Shown here piece after piece: positions 12,283 to 25,675 of a DNA stretch of 64,000 bases. The DNA is taken from assembly GCA_002633005.1 (NCBI GenBank), contig NMRA01000374.1, positions 284,831 to 348,830 on the forward strand, read 5' to 3'. Source of the stretch: Phoronis australis. Its lineage: Eukaryota > Animalia > Phoronida. The notes below the pieces were generated by a model. The model had not been told where the DNA came from. It made no database searches and was given only the letters and a program-made list of their open reading frames with translations. A program made the translations under genes and the position numbers. The number at the start of each line of letters is the position of its first letter. Within the stretch, counting starts at the first letter, position 1.

Positions 12283-14671
12283 TATAGATATGTATGAAGT
12301 TCAGTAGATTTAAATTAAAGGAAAAAGAATAACTTTGTGGTCAGAGGTCTAAGATTTTTAAATTTCACTTATGTTCACTTATTTTAAGGAACTAGTTGAT
12401 AATTCATCAGTATTCCTACTTCATATCATATTAAAATGCAAGTGCGTACACATTTTAAGACATGCGGGCAATTTTGAATGCACATGAAATCTGACTACCG
12501 TTTCTAGATGTGCTGGCCAGCTGGAGACGGTGGTCACTGTCTACATAAAATCCAAGCAAAGTGTTTTAGTGCCCGGGCGTTGTTTTCGGTACAGGTGCAT
12601 CTAATAACCGAAATATCGTTTATTTTAGCATGTAACAGTTTAAAGATCACATCTGAGTTTGAAAGTTTAGATATTTTCGGAGCTGAAATAGAGCGAATGC
12701 TTCCTGATATACAGATGACCTTATGTCAATAACTTAACATTTATCTTGAAACACCTGATTTTACAATGTATTGTATCAAGACTAGTGATGTCTTTCATCC
12801 AGTCAGATAGGTCAAAAGGGAAAACAGAACCAGAATCAGACTAAATCTTTGTAAATTAGATAACAACATAATTTCAAGTTTTTGAAGATGTAAACTGTCA
12901 TCTAAAGATTTTGAACAAGAAGGTTCAATCCCACATGTAGGCAACCGATTACACAATGATGCAACGTGACATAAAATACTAGAGTAAAAATGGCTTGTGC
13001 TGCTTATGCTAAAATTTTGTAATGAGTTGAGCTTACCATTCGTTCTGCTGTGAAGTCGCAAACACGTAATGTGGAGCACTGAATGCCCCAGTATGCACTA
13101 TCACACTTTCCAGTTCTCGGCTTTCGCCAAATGCTTCAAGTATATCTGGAGGCTTAGATTTCTGCAAACAACGTGCTTTACATGAGCCACACTTTTTTGA
13201 CAAACAGGGTGCAACAGAAAATATGATTTCATCTTAAGTGTTAGAAGAAATATTGATTATAGGTAATTAGCTCATATAGAACCCTTTCAAGTTGTCCAAA
13301 ACTTGCGCATGTGTACTTGTAAATCATGGGCTCTAAGTTGTTGATATGTATTTTAAGGCCAAGATCTATTTTTACATGACATTTACTACTTTGGTTTTGG
13401 TGTCAAAGGAAATACTTTATAGATTCTAGAAATTTCTAAGAGCAAATTGTAAGAGCCACCGATATGTTTTTTTTTTATTAAATATGTGCACAAGGACTTA
13501 AAGTGGTGACGTCATTAGACGTACCCAGGCTTGCAAATGAACTAGTCACAATTCCTCACCAATTTCTGGAGCAACACCTGTTGAGATTTTGCAACATTTT
13601 GCCATACTTCAAACAGATACTAGTCAAAACAGATAGTATATTACCGTATTTCTGCGTCATTAATCCTTCTCCTAATATGGCATGTTCTCCATTTTACTAT
13701 TTAAACAACTGTACACCTCACTCACCTCTGTGTTATCACCGATGGATCCTGTAGGGGTATTTCGAAGGATCAAGCATTCGGGAGTCTTAATTACTCGAGA
13801 CTGTCGTACAACACCACTCTCCTAAAGGAACATCCAAAGAGAACAGCACTAATATCAAAATAGTTATGAATATGAATTTGGGTACATGCATTAAGTACAA
13901 TACAGATCCTTAGGCATAAGAACCTTGTAATTGCAGATTTCCTTTCATCTTTAGTGAAAAATGATCACAAAATGAGTTTTCCCATCATGAGGTTGTTAAT
14001 CTTGCCAACATAACGATAAATCGTCGTGAGAGACCGTCCGGAGTTGGTGTATGGAGCAACTGCGGACGGTCTGGGGTCAACAAAAAACCACAGTTCAAGT
14101 GTGAGTGTACACCAATGTGATTAACGAGAGTAGTTGTACTTGCTGCGTCAGCTGCAGGTATGCTTATCTCTTTTATGACACACAATGTGTGATCAGGCAA
14201 AGTGTTTTCAAAAATAATGTGGACAAATGAGCGGAGTGTGAAACCCCTGAGGTCCATGTCAAGTCCTCACGACAATTCTACGTTATGAGGTTTGGTTATA
14301 GGTCTCTCAAACTTGGTGGAAACCCGAGGATAACCCCGCACATGCAATGCATGTGACCACAGACTTTTGTGTGATGCGAAAGGTAGATATATCTGCACTG
14401 TCATGAATCTCCTGAGCTGCGAAAAGTGCATACGTTTAATAGATCTAAAAATAAGACGCGTACCAAATGTTCAGGAGCCACAAGGTCAGCAAGAGCATCT
14501 TCCAGTTTCACTTGTTGCAAGTGAGATAAATCCAACACAAAATCTATTCATTTGGTAAGGAACCATAAATTATGTATTTGCTGATGATAATTTTGAAATA
14601 GACATACTTTGTTTGCAGTAAGAAAGTATGTATTCTCCTGTTATTTCCCGGTTAACGCCATGCGCACTTAA

Positions 14672-15762
14672 AGGCTAATGCCACCCGATTTAATTAGTCT
14701 TTTTTACCGTCTTAATCGGTCTGGGGCCACATCGGCTCGTACACGGTCGACCTTACCTTGCCGAGAGGTGTCGCGTTAGCCTGTGAGGAAGGTGAGAAAG
14801 TCCGCAGCGACGTCAGTGGTTCGTATGCAGAGTGAATTCCGCCATGGTGTGGTGTGTCGTTCCTGCCTGTTCGAACTATGAAGNCGTGTGAGCGCAAGCT
14901 AATTCAGTGTTTGCTGACAGAATCTGTTGTGAAACAATAACTCGATATTCCATCCCACGGCCAGGTGTTAGGGGAATCTTTATTTACTTATACATTATTC
15001 CAAATAATGATTGTCAATGTACAACTTCTGCCCTGGCGGTTCTGTGGCCAAACGGGAACCTGAATTCACGGCCCCCGACGAGTAGGCCTTAGTAGATTTG
15101 CAGTTTCGTGGCTTCAGCAAAATAATCACGTGCACATTACTTCTTTAGCTCACTAGTATAGTATTTTCTTGACTTCAAGCTTAGTTTCCAACTTTGGCTG
15201 GTTAATGTTCGTGATGTCTTCAGTCCGGTCGCGACGGGCCTGATTGGGTTCCGAGACACTGGCCGGGATAACAAGCGTTTTTTTGTGTTTAGAACTAAAA
15301 AACACAAGTCTAAACAACACAGATCTAGGTCCTACTGTCTGTATTTCACGGAACAATACTTAGAATTTATCTCCGAACAGAACACGAACTCCTGCTACGG
15401 ACCTTGGTAAATTGGACTGCCGAAATTTGTTGGCTACGGTGTATCCAAATACAAATAAATCCGTAACAGTGATATAAGACAACACGTTTTTATAAGAACT
15501 CGGTGTATTTTTAAGGGTTTTACATCGAAGTTTGATCATTTATTGGTGTCAAACGATGAATTCAAGCGATAAGCTGACACCAGTTACCCGTGTTGTGAAC
15601 TGCTGAACAGACTGCGTGTGAAACCGATGACGTCAGTGGAAAATTTCATCATCTCCGTCTGCCGTCAGGTGTCAGGTAACGCAACCGTACGTGCCGCTAT
15701 CGAGGAGAACTACTCGATCTAAATTGATACAAATTAGGTTGTTTTTTGGGTGGCATGCTCCT
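14672..15762 (+). mobile_element. Non-autonomous Kolobok-like DNA transposon, copy 2 (larger internal deletion)
   Basis: TTAA flanks (14668-14671 and 15763-15766), TIRs AGGCTAATGCCACCC and GGGTGGCATGCTCCT. Colinear with 8211-10099 but lacks about 8420-9000 and the nested MITE. Confidence 0.85.
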
Positions 15763-16027
15763 TTAAATTGGAAAACGTAGGGGTTGGCAACTGTTTGGAA
15801 ACGGGCGCTTAAATGTGAAATACTCAAAAATAGCACCTGGACGATTCCCTGAACATTGGTGCTTTAATCCGATGAGACCAATCCGGGATATTACCCAAGG
15901 GGTCCTTATTTTTTAGTATTGTATATAGGTTTACTCATTCATCTATACACGTACTTACATATATACGTACATAACAACCAACGAGGATTCAATTAATTAT
16001 CAAATGTTGAAGATTGCAAACTTTTTA

Positions 16028-16487
16028 GGCTCTTTCATATTGACTTGACTCCGGTCTGAGCGGAGTGTTGACGTAAAAAGTGCAGTTAACTGGACTGTTC
16101 ATACTGGCTTCGGTAGTTAATGGACATCAAAGTATGCAGTTGTGTGCCCCTGTCGTCATGGAAGTTATCGCAAGGTAGCGTTGCACGATGAGATTTTTTT
16201 CAATTTGGAAATATATACATATGCTAAATGACATTAAAGTTATTTTTAAATCGATTGGTCATTACTAGAGCAAAATATAAGCAGGTATTAGTGATGGCAC
16301 TGCCTTGTAACTGTTGACGATAACAGTGGCACCTGGCGATAGCTTCGATTGGACCGGAGTTAAGCGTGAGCAGCGTCCCCCTGTTAACTGCAATGTTAAT
16401 TGGAGCTGTTAACTGCGATCCAGGACTGGAGTTGATTGTTCATACTAACCGCAACTCCCCAAGCCATCACCATTAGTATGAAAGGCC
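16028..16487. mobile_element. PIF/Harbinger-like MITE (copy 2, uninterrupted)
   Basis: Termini GGCTCTTTCATATTG and TAGTATGAAAGGCC flanked by TA; colinear with both halves of 10674-12282. Confidence 0.7.
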
Positions 16488-17719
16488 TACAAGCTTAATA
16501 AATAACACACTAAACGTTGCGTTAACAACAAAACACAAACTCCTACCACTGTGTCAGATTTTGTGTAATCACGGTGTTATAGTGTTAAATCGAGGTAATA
16601 CTAAACCTGGCCTCAATTCTTAGTGTTGCCTAAATGTGAGCCTGATAAAAGGATACTACTATTCTGGATAGATCTGGATGAACCATCTGTCATTTGTTCT
16701 GTCACAGATATTTGAACTTCTTGGTCTTTTATGGCAGCAATCGCATCATCCATATGAGAATGCTAAGGGGGGTAAAACAAATTATGAACGTGTGCATTAC
16801 TCGGCAACCAAATTTACAGTCTATCAGTCCAGAATGGCATCTACACCGATTAACTGTTCGAACAAAATTTCTACTTCACTTCTGAGTACATGAAAGTATA
16901 CCATAACTCCAAAGATTAACATGGAACTGTTAACACAAAACGCAGTTATAACAAAGCAAGCTCAAATTCAAAAACCAATGGAATATAGTAGTTGACATTT
17001 AACCTGAAGTTCCGTAGATATGACTTCAAGGAGAGAATTCAAAAATTCCAAAGCATCAGCCTGGCATCCTTCTTGATATCCACACTTTTCAAGTACCTTC
17101 ACAGCAAACCTTCGAATAAGATTCTGGAAAACAACATATCAAATGACGTATTTCAAAGTGTCATGAAGTTGCAACATTGCCGGTCAATGTGTACTGGGTG
17201 GACACTAATAAATTGTCTTACATCGTTAAAGTTCACATTTTTGTATGGTTAAATCTTACTAATGACAGACAAAAGTCAATGCAAAATTGCCCATTTTTCA
17301 TTATTCACTATTGCAACAAACTTACCCAATCTTTGTTGTAACGTGCCAGGATAACCACAGACATTAAGTTGTACAGACATTCAAGGCCATCATGACTTGC
17401 GAGGGAGAGTTCATCAAAACACGGCAAGCTTTGAAACAGACACACCACTGCTGATAAGAAGCAGGTGTTTCCAACCGACGGAACTGGAATAACTAGGAAA
17501 AAAAACATCTCTTGAACATATGGACCTGGAATAAATTTTATAAAAAGAAATTGATTTCTATTTTGTTTTCCTGTTTTAATCTAAATACTGGCAAGGTTGA
17601 GTGTTTGCCACCAATGTATGTTGTAAATGAGAAGTTGCTACTCTGGCCTTTTCAGTTCGGACATGTAAGACTAAAGTTCTCCTAATGACAATACATTACA
17701 ATGAAACTTCAATTTACCT

Positions 17720-20243
17720 CTTCCAGGAATTGTGTCATTTTGATCATCATCACCATCATGGGGTTTACCAACATGCACCTGAGCAATAAAAGACAATAAT
17801 TATTGCACTGTATTAATTTGTTTAATTGATTAATACATAATGCGATATAACTTATAGATGCTATGAAACTAGACAAGCACTTGTTTGCATGAAGGAATGC
17901 TGTGAACCGTTTTCTTCTGTCCATGGAGCAATGACGAATGTTAAAATGTGCTATAACAAGTAGTTGTAGTTCTTTGGGAGCAATTTGTGTATTTGTGTAT
18001 TTTCTTCAAACCAGAGATTTCAACAATACGGATAACTGTTGCCGATACTGATGTGTTAATAGAAATTTATTCATGCCATTCACAAAAGAGCGTGGTCAAT
18101 AAAAAGTAATCGAGGATGATCACTTGAGCAAGTCATAGCCATGGCATTATTTTACATGTTAGCATAGCAATAAAGCTGCTAATGAAAAATGTTACTAATT
18201 ATGATGTGTTTCTTTGCAATCACAACATTTATGCCTCCTTGCTTTTAGAGTGTTTTAACAGAGAGCGCAATTTGGCTATGCAGTGTGCTGTCATATAAAA
18301 GTATCTTGAAAAAATAGATTTTGGTAGTTTTTTCTGTGTAATTGCCTTTAGTGTTACATCAAATGTATCTATAATGGAGACACTGCTATTTTGAAAGTTC
18401 ACTCTCATTTTTCAAGGTTTCTACATCGATTTTGTAGCTATAAAACCAGAGTCATTTTGGACACCCCATATATTGACAAATCAATTTGTTTTATCTATTG
18501 TAGAGGGTTTCTATGAAATGCACTGTCCTACACCGCTAAGGCTAAAAGTCTTTTAAGCATTACACTACTGAGTCAATAAGTAGGTAGCAATTTAGGACTT
18601 TCAGCAGGCAAAGTAAGCAAACCAAAAAATTTGTCAGAAAATGGATGCATTTCGAAACACTTTTGAGAAGTTGCTGCAGTTAATGGTGAACCATGGCAAG
18701 ATACTTCAAAGTTGTGTCTCACCTCACTATCCTCAATATCAAGCTGAGGCTGTGGGGATTGACAGGATAATTCAGAGTTGCACCCAACTGCAGTATCTTC
18801 ACTAGCAAGCTGTGGCTGCAGGGATTCAACCTGAAATAAGTACAAACAAGAAATGGCAGTTAGGGTGAATATACAATTGAATGGTTGATTTTATGATGTA
18901 GTTGATGATTAATACAGAGGTTGTACTATGTGGTCTTTAGATGGAGATGACAGCACTACATAAAGTCTTTGCAACATAGAAAATCTTTATTTCCACATAA
19001 AAGACTCATGAGCTGGGCATGTTGAAGTCTTTTTGGAGCTCCAAATCCATCTCCTTGCCACAAGAACACTGGTGTATTACTGCTGGCAATTAAAGTGGTA
19101 GCAAGTACAAGCATACTTATTCATACACTTATTTATTATATGAAACAATTTCAGGGTTTTTGCTCAGCTTCAAGTTGGTGCCTTGTGTTAGTGGATTTTT
19201 ACCTCAGTGGCCTCTCCTTGTTGCAAAGGTCCAAACTAAAAAAAGAAAAGAAAATGCATTACTTCCGCATGATCCAAATACTTAAAAAAAGTGACATGTA
19301 CAAAATAGCCACGGAAATAAAAATATATTTGGTGACTGACTCATAAACACCTCTCAATGATTGTTATGAATGGCAAGAAAGGTACATGATTCAAGTTGTT
19401 TGTTGTGGAAAGTGAGAGCTAAATGAAATGCTCATACAACAGTTAATTTGAGATGTCATGCATACAAAGAAATTGGAAAACTATTTTGAAGGGAAAACAA
19501 AAAAGCATTCATTTGTGAACTGCGCTTTTCAAGCCATACATGATACGATGTAATGCGTTTGCCCCAACAAGCGCCCAGGCACTTAAGTTCATTAAACAGT
19601 ATGCTTGTTCATAACCTGGGGTTCATCAAAAAGTAGTTATGATGAAAGCAAAAGTTAATTCTTAAAATGTATGCTCAATTACAATTCTGTGACCTAAGGT
19701 AAGTTTTGAAGAATAAAATGTGATAAACGTTTGTGCAGTCATATCCAATTTATTGATACAAACAACAATAGCAAAAATCTTGATGAGAACCACAATGTAC
19801 CTATAAACAATCATGAACAAAAAGGAACAAAGTGAGTGCACCCTTCCTGGCAGAAAGTAATGCACACGAATGATGATACATAGTGATTCTTGGTATTAAT
19901 GACATTGTGTCATTAAGAATTGTCACTTTTTCATGAAACTTCAACAGGTGCGGTTCATAAGTATTCGAATCTGAATTAGTGATGCTTTGCTTCTTTATCC
20001 ATGTCACATGAGAGCATCATCTTACCTTAACGTACAAGGCCGATCTATTTAGTCTGTTCTTTTTAAGAGTCCCAGGTGTTGTTTCATTGTCGAAACTGAT
20101 GTTTTCTAGGACTCTTGTTGCAGTGGCCCGAAAGAAACGCACATTACTGGGCCATGGCTGCTGAAACTCCCTGGCCAGAAACTGCTCAAAATTTCCTCTG
20201 CTTAGTGCTTGGGGAACAGTCAGCGATCTCACTTTGAAGTCAC
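17720..20243 (-). pseudogene. Upstream exon remnants of the USP-like locus (unknown domains)
   Basis: Clean exon 20243-20026 (CTACAG/GTAAGA; GDFKVRSLTVPQ...LNRSALYVK). An exon starting at about 18830 (VESLQPQLASED...) runs into stops, and small exon-like pieces lie at about 19200-19235 and 17720-17778. Confidence 0.45.
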
Positions 20244-21317
20244 CTGTAGAGCAAAACACAACAAACTTGGATTTAATTTTGTAACTGCAAAGGTTCAAGT
20301 TTTCCATAATTTGTCTTTCACATTAATTTGTGATTCAATGTTAGCCACAGTGTTATTAACCGTGAACACAAAACTGTTTGAAACTTATTTATATTTATTT
20401 ATGAATGTAATATTTACAATGAGGGTTATCCCCACCAGTTCAGCCCTCAGTAAAAAAACAGATAGTAAAAAAGTAAGACAAAAACAGAATTACAAACTGG
20501 AGATACAACTAACGCTAACTAGTCGGAATTCTCCAATCATGTAGATGCATGTTGTTTGACTAACGTTTACCAATGAGTGTAGATTCATGCCATCAACTCT
20601 CGTTTTCGGTGGGGTGAAAGTTATTAGGTACAGTTGGTCGGTTCGGTGTGTGTACGTATTAATGCATGCCGTCCCCTGTACTTCAAAAGGGCGGGCGGTA
20701 TGCGAAATCCGCTTTCACCCAAGTCAAAAATACACTCTAAACTTAGAAGTATCACTTAAAAAGCGCTTAATTTATTCAGCGGTCCTTTCTACATCTACTC
20801 ACATCTCCGACGAAGATTAGCTACTACAATTAAGGTGTCTTTGGTGAAGAGATTCCAACTGTTGAAGTTTTCATTTAAAAAAGGTTTCATTAAAATCGAC
20901 CGAGGGGTTATTTTGCTATGAATGTACTTTTCTTAAAAACGAAATTTTGACTTAAAAGGTTTGTACGTAAAAAGAATAATGGAACAAAATACAAAAAGTA
21001 TACTTATATTTCCTGGTCTTTGTTCTTTCAGGAAATGTATACCTTTACGAGTTGACAAAGCTTAGTTTTTGTGAATGGAGGCCATTAAATAAGGTTGGAG
21101 ATAACCTTAAAACTGTTTCTTTTACTAGAGAAAACTTGCAACCTAACGCGCAAATACATACTTATAGGATGTTATCCGCCACGTGAACAGTCTGAGTGTT
21201 CAAAAAAATCTACCTAAAAATGAAAAAAACTTAGGAATTTGGTGTCGGTCGATACGAAGAATAATGTCTCTTGGGATATTACTTCATCTAATGCACTCTG
21301 TATGTTTTGTGTATTCA

Positions 21318-21325
21318 CTTACTTA

Positions 21326-21390
<65 letters not shown>
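21318..21390. repeat. (TTAC)n microsatellite
   Basis: About 18 tandem TTAC units are visible. Confidence 0.95.
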
Positions 21391-21509
21391 CGGTGTCGCG
21401 ACGTAACCGGAAACGAACTGAGTTTAAATGCAACGTAACCAGGTTCCGAGGGCTCACACCCTGAGGTCACGGACAGCGTGAATGGCTAAGATTAGGGTTA
21501 GGGTTAGGT

Positions 21510-22470
21510 AAGGCTTTTCTCCACCACTCTCTAGTTGTGATATTTAAGGCCTGCTCCCACTTCTTTTCTATATTTTTTGTGTTTTTGTCGAACTTGGTTA
21601 TGAACCGATTGTAGATTCTTCTGTTTAAATCAGACAGAATGTCCAAGAAAATAGGGGGAGCATGCGGAAGGGAAATCGTGAAAATAGAATTTCTCCTAAT
21701 TTTCAAGTATTTACACATGGCCCTTATTAGACCCTGGAAATGGGTAGTTGGAGAAAGGACGTACTTATCACAAAAAGTTGTTAAGACATAAGTCGACCAT
21801 CATCATCAAATATATCATGTTCATAAACAATGCTTTTTTCATATCATTGTCTATGGAAATTACAGTTATTGTCTATTTTGAAACTAGGTTATACAACAGT
21901 GGTTCATGCGGATAGTTTTCAGTTTTAATTTAGTAACAGGACATAAATTCTCCAAAAATAAATAAGCTGTCTTTCCAAAAAGTATAAATTTACACTTCTT
22001 GAACAAAAAGTATTAAAATGTTTCCAGAACTCATCATTTGACGTTATGAACCTTCTGAACCACGAAAGTTTCAGAGATTTAAGGATCAGTCATGCCTCAT
22101 CTACCTTCAGGGACATTTTGTGTCATTGTAGTTCGACTTATTTTGTTATTTTCACCATTCTATATAAATCTAAAGAACATCCGTTCTATAGGTTTAGTTA
22201 TTTCTTCAAAACGCGATGGCAAAGTGAGGAACAAGTGCAATAACTTTGGGACTGTAAATGATTTAACCAACTGTAATTTTACCTAGAGTAGTTAAATCTC
22301 GTCTGGAGCGTGTTAATAAATCTTTTCTAATTTCCAAAATGATATTATCAAAATTCAAACTGATCATCTCTGGAATATTAACACTTAAGTTAATACCAAG
22401 AAAGGTAAAATGAGATTTTGGCCACGAAAGCCGTCTTTCTTGACATTTGCTGTGTATTATCAAATTTCCT
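21510..22470 (-). mobile_element. Degraded Tx1/L1-type LINE ORF2 fragment
   Basis: FTFLGINLS...IRKDLLTRSRRDLTTLGKITV...SFTVPKLLHLF resembles the post-RT region of Tx1/L1 ORF2; multiple stops and frameshifts. Confidence 0.7.
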
Positions 22471-22489
22471 AGCCCCCAAAAAAATTATA

Positions 22490-22780
22490 AATTATGCATC
22501 TTTTATGACTGATAGTTTGTATGGTGTCGTTTAAAGAACAATCATGAGAGAAAAGTTCGAAATTTGACATACGACGGTAGGCACGTAAAGTAATAAATTT
22601 ATATTCGTGAAGCGTGGTCCCAGGTGATCAGCGTGTACTTAAGTGCATTAAAATCAACTAAGCGCAAATTAGAATAAATATGACATGCATCAGCTCAAAC
22701 CGGCTTCTATTAATCACACTGGGGTAGACGCTGATCACCAGTAATTTGCATAGGAGACTACTGAAATAATTTAGTATCGA
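22490..22780. promoter_or_regulatory. Conserved upstream block of discoidin gene A with octamer ATTTGCAT (22744-22751)
   Basis: Homologous to 37820-38170 upstream of gene B, including TTCTATTAATCACACT...GTAGACGCTG...GTAATTTGCATAG. Regulatory function is inferred only. Confidence 0.35.
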
Positions 22781-25494
22781 CATGGTCAAATGGAGAAACA
22801 ATAATATATGTCAAATGAGTTAGGAAGCAAATCATGCACGGAAAGTGGTGAAACAATGACGTAATAAACCACAAAGAACTGGAGACGCAAATTTGAAGAG
22901 CACTACATAAATGTCATCTGTCCCAGAAGACTTGTGATTATACAACTGACTGGTGGCACGAGTTACTTCCTTCTTCGATACCACAATGTCTTCTATAGGA
23001 TTGTATTTACAATTTTAAAGAAGGCAAAATAATTCTTTTAACTTCAGGAACACAATTAAAGAGATGATCTTAGTGGTCCTTCCAAAGATTAACAATATTC
23101 GTATCTCCACTGAGTCCATCAATAGCCAGTGGAAGAGAAACGTCACTCTTTCTGACCACTTTAATCTCTTTCCAGTAAGTTTTCAAGTCAATCATTCTTT
23201 ACGTTATACATTTCCGCGCGGCTTAATGTAACGGAAAGAGAGATTTACATCTGTGCAGTGAACCCACAGTGGACCAAACCTTGGTTTTTCTAAAATTATG
23301 CCATAAGACCAAAATATCTGGCTTAGTTTCATTTAAGTCAGCAACACAATCTCACAAATCAATTTAACAAGTTTGAAAAACATAGAACTGTTAGCATTCG
23401 TGTCAAAACACTGGTTATTAGCTTCTAGCAAACATTACGTAAAGTATCATAAAATTTAGTAACACTCTCAATATGGCTAGAATTACTACATGATGTGTCA
23501 GCACGGGAAACACAATTCGGAATATAAACATTTTCTGAAAGAGAATCCGTTAAAGAGGTCTGGAACGCAATAAATCAGAGTGAGTTGCAATATTGAAACT
23601 GCTACTAAATCAGAATTGAGCCTGCTCACCAGGTATTTGAGGGTTTGTTAGTAAGGATTTTAATTTCTTTTAGTTTCAAATTTCAAACAAAAAACATTTG
23701 TCAGCTGCTCGCCACTTCGTCGGTTTTTCTCCCACAAGGCAAAACACGTCTCCTTCTTTGGTATGGCAAACGTAGACGTAGCACCTTTCTCTTATATGGA
23801 AAATGTGATCTTTCACCTCAAGCAACTTCAAGCAACTGACTGTGAGCGCATGCGCACTTTTATGATAAGAGGGAGGCAGATTAGAAATTCTGTGGTGACC
23901 ACAGACTTTTTTAAAAATCGTGAATTTTGTGATTTTTCGGGAAGTTTCCTCATATCACTGGGGAAAGTGAATTACTCTGTACTAGACGTTGCTACATGTT
24001 ACTTTCGTCAGCAATTGTTTAAAAGACAGTTTTGTCGAGATTTCGTGTTCCATGGCTATTTAAATAATGTCATTGCACCATTTCGTCTTTCGACACAGAG
24101 CACCTTTTCTATCGAAGGCCACAAGTAATTGTATCAAAAGAACTGGAAAGTTTTGGAATCTTTTTTAGCAATAGTGCGATCCTCATCTGAAATATTACCT
24201 TCGTTGCACATAAACGGCCATCGGCCAGTGGTACATACCGAGTACATTTATACAGAAACACACTGATGTATGAAAAAGAATAAACATATAACAACCACAA
24301 TACTCAGAACCATTTAGACACTAGCTCTTATGAGAAACGTTTTCCTGATAAACTTTGACAGATTAACCAAAAATGTACTTGAAACGTTATTCACCTGTCG
24401 CATTGTGCCAATTGTGGAATTAATTGGCACCTCAAGTGATCATACGGAGAGCATCTTGGTGTCATAACTTTATCAAAGATTGTTAGAGCAGTCACAACAT
24501 CTAGACCACCAAAACTTCTGTCAACCCGAACAATGTTGTGAACTTTTTTGTTTTTATGGTTAATTCATATGAAATATCATAACAACTAGCACTACCCTGT
24601 ATTATGGAAGCCTAAATTTGAAAAAGAAATGTTAGCATGACTTCAAGTGTGAGGCCATGTCTATTCTAATTTCCGAGTCCAAATTGTGTCATCTACTGCC
24701 ATGAAACGTCACCATTAAACAAGTCAATGGTATGATCCAACCAGGAATTGGTGGCCCACGCATGACTAACAAAAGCTTGACAATATGGAGGGAGTAACAC
24801 CTGTGATGAATTAATGAGATTAAGATCTGAGCAAAAAGACTACAAGTGTTAAGCAAATAACGAGTTAACAGACTGTCCTACATCAGCAATAAAATCACCA
24901 ACTATATCAAAACATGAAATTCCAAACTCTCCGAGTATGACTACCAAACAACCTAACTTTTCAACAAAACTTTCTTCATTTTTTACACTGGTAAGCTGTA
25001 AAACCATGCTCTTAACCCTGGCACTATATTCAGTGCAACACACCAGTGCTGTCCGAGCTCAAGATAACGTAAAATTACAATATCCACAAATTTACATCCA
25101 TACACACTGAAGGATCATTGCATGTACAAGTTATATGAAACGAAAAAATAAATGTGTCTAGTTGGTACGCGTTCAAGTTTAATGTTATTAATGTGTAATT
25201 GAACCATGAGGTAACCATTGATAGCTGTAACAGACGTGTCGGGGTTAAACCTGGAAGCAAAAACCTTAGCTCGGCGGTTTTTCATTGGTTTCCTGATATT
25301 AGGTCACGTGATGTGATCAAAAAGATTGCGGATCGAACGGGATAAACAATTTGCAACTTAATTATTACACGCCTCACTGAAAAAGATGATATTTACATAC
25401 ATTGGCAATTGGTCAGACAACGTTACGCGCGCACACACACACACTCACACGCACACTTGCAACTTGGCCGTAGTTTGCTATTCGTTTCCAATTA

Positions 25495-25675
25495 ATAGCC
25501 TACGACCATCAGGCACGTTTTGAGCTGGGCTGATATAAGGAAATTTTCAGTAAAGAAACTTCATGTACTATGTGAATGATGACCATTTTATTGACACAAA
25601 ATCGTATAAAGACCACCTTGCACTTACTGCAACATCATTCAGCAATTCGCCCAGAGACACTGAAAGATTGCTACC
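25495..25675 (+). promoter_or_regulatory. Putative promoter/5' UTR of discoidin gene A (TATA-like GATATAAG at 25532-25539)
   Basis: Clearly homologous to 39443-39620 upstream of gene B; Kozak-like GCTACCATG. Confidence 0.45.

Larger units (their letters stand above)
13037..17492 (-). pseudogene. Divergent multi-exon ubiquitin-specific protease (peptidase C19) domain, probably decayed
   Basis: Exon from 17492 down: IPVPSVGNTCFLSAVVCLFQSL (Cys box). Exon 17123-17004: GYQEGCQADALEFLNSLLE. About 14415-14325: FRITQKSVVTCIAC (finger CxxC). Exon 13821-13726: SRVIKTPECLILR. Exon 13161-13037: ELESVIVHTGAFSAPHYVF...W (His box). Three of these exons have clear AG/GT ends; the intervening pieces contain stops and two transposon insertions. 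Confidence 0.75.

Noticed and set aside
21490-21510. TTAGGG units as an interstitial telomere
   Set aside because: Only about 3 units, embedded in a short repeat fragment beside a TTAC microsatellite.
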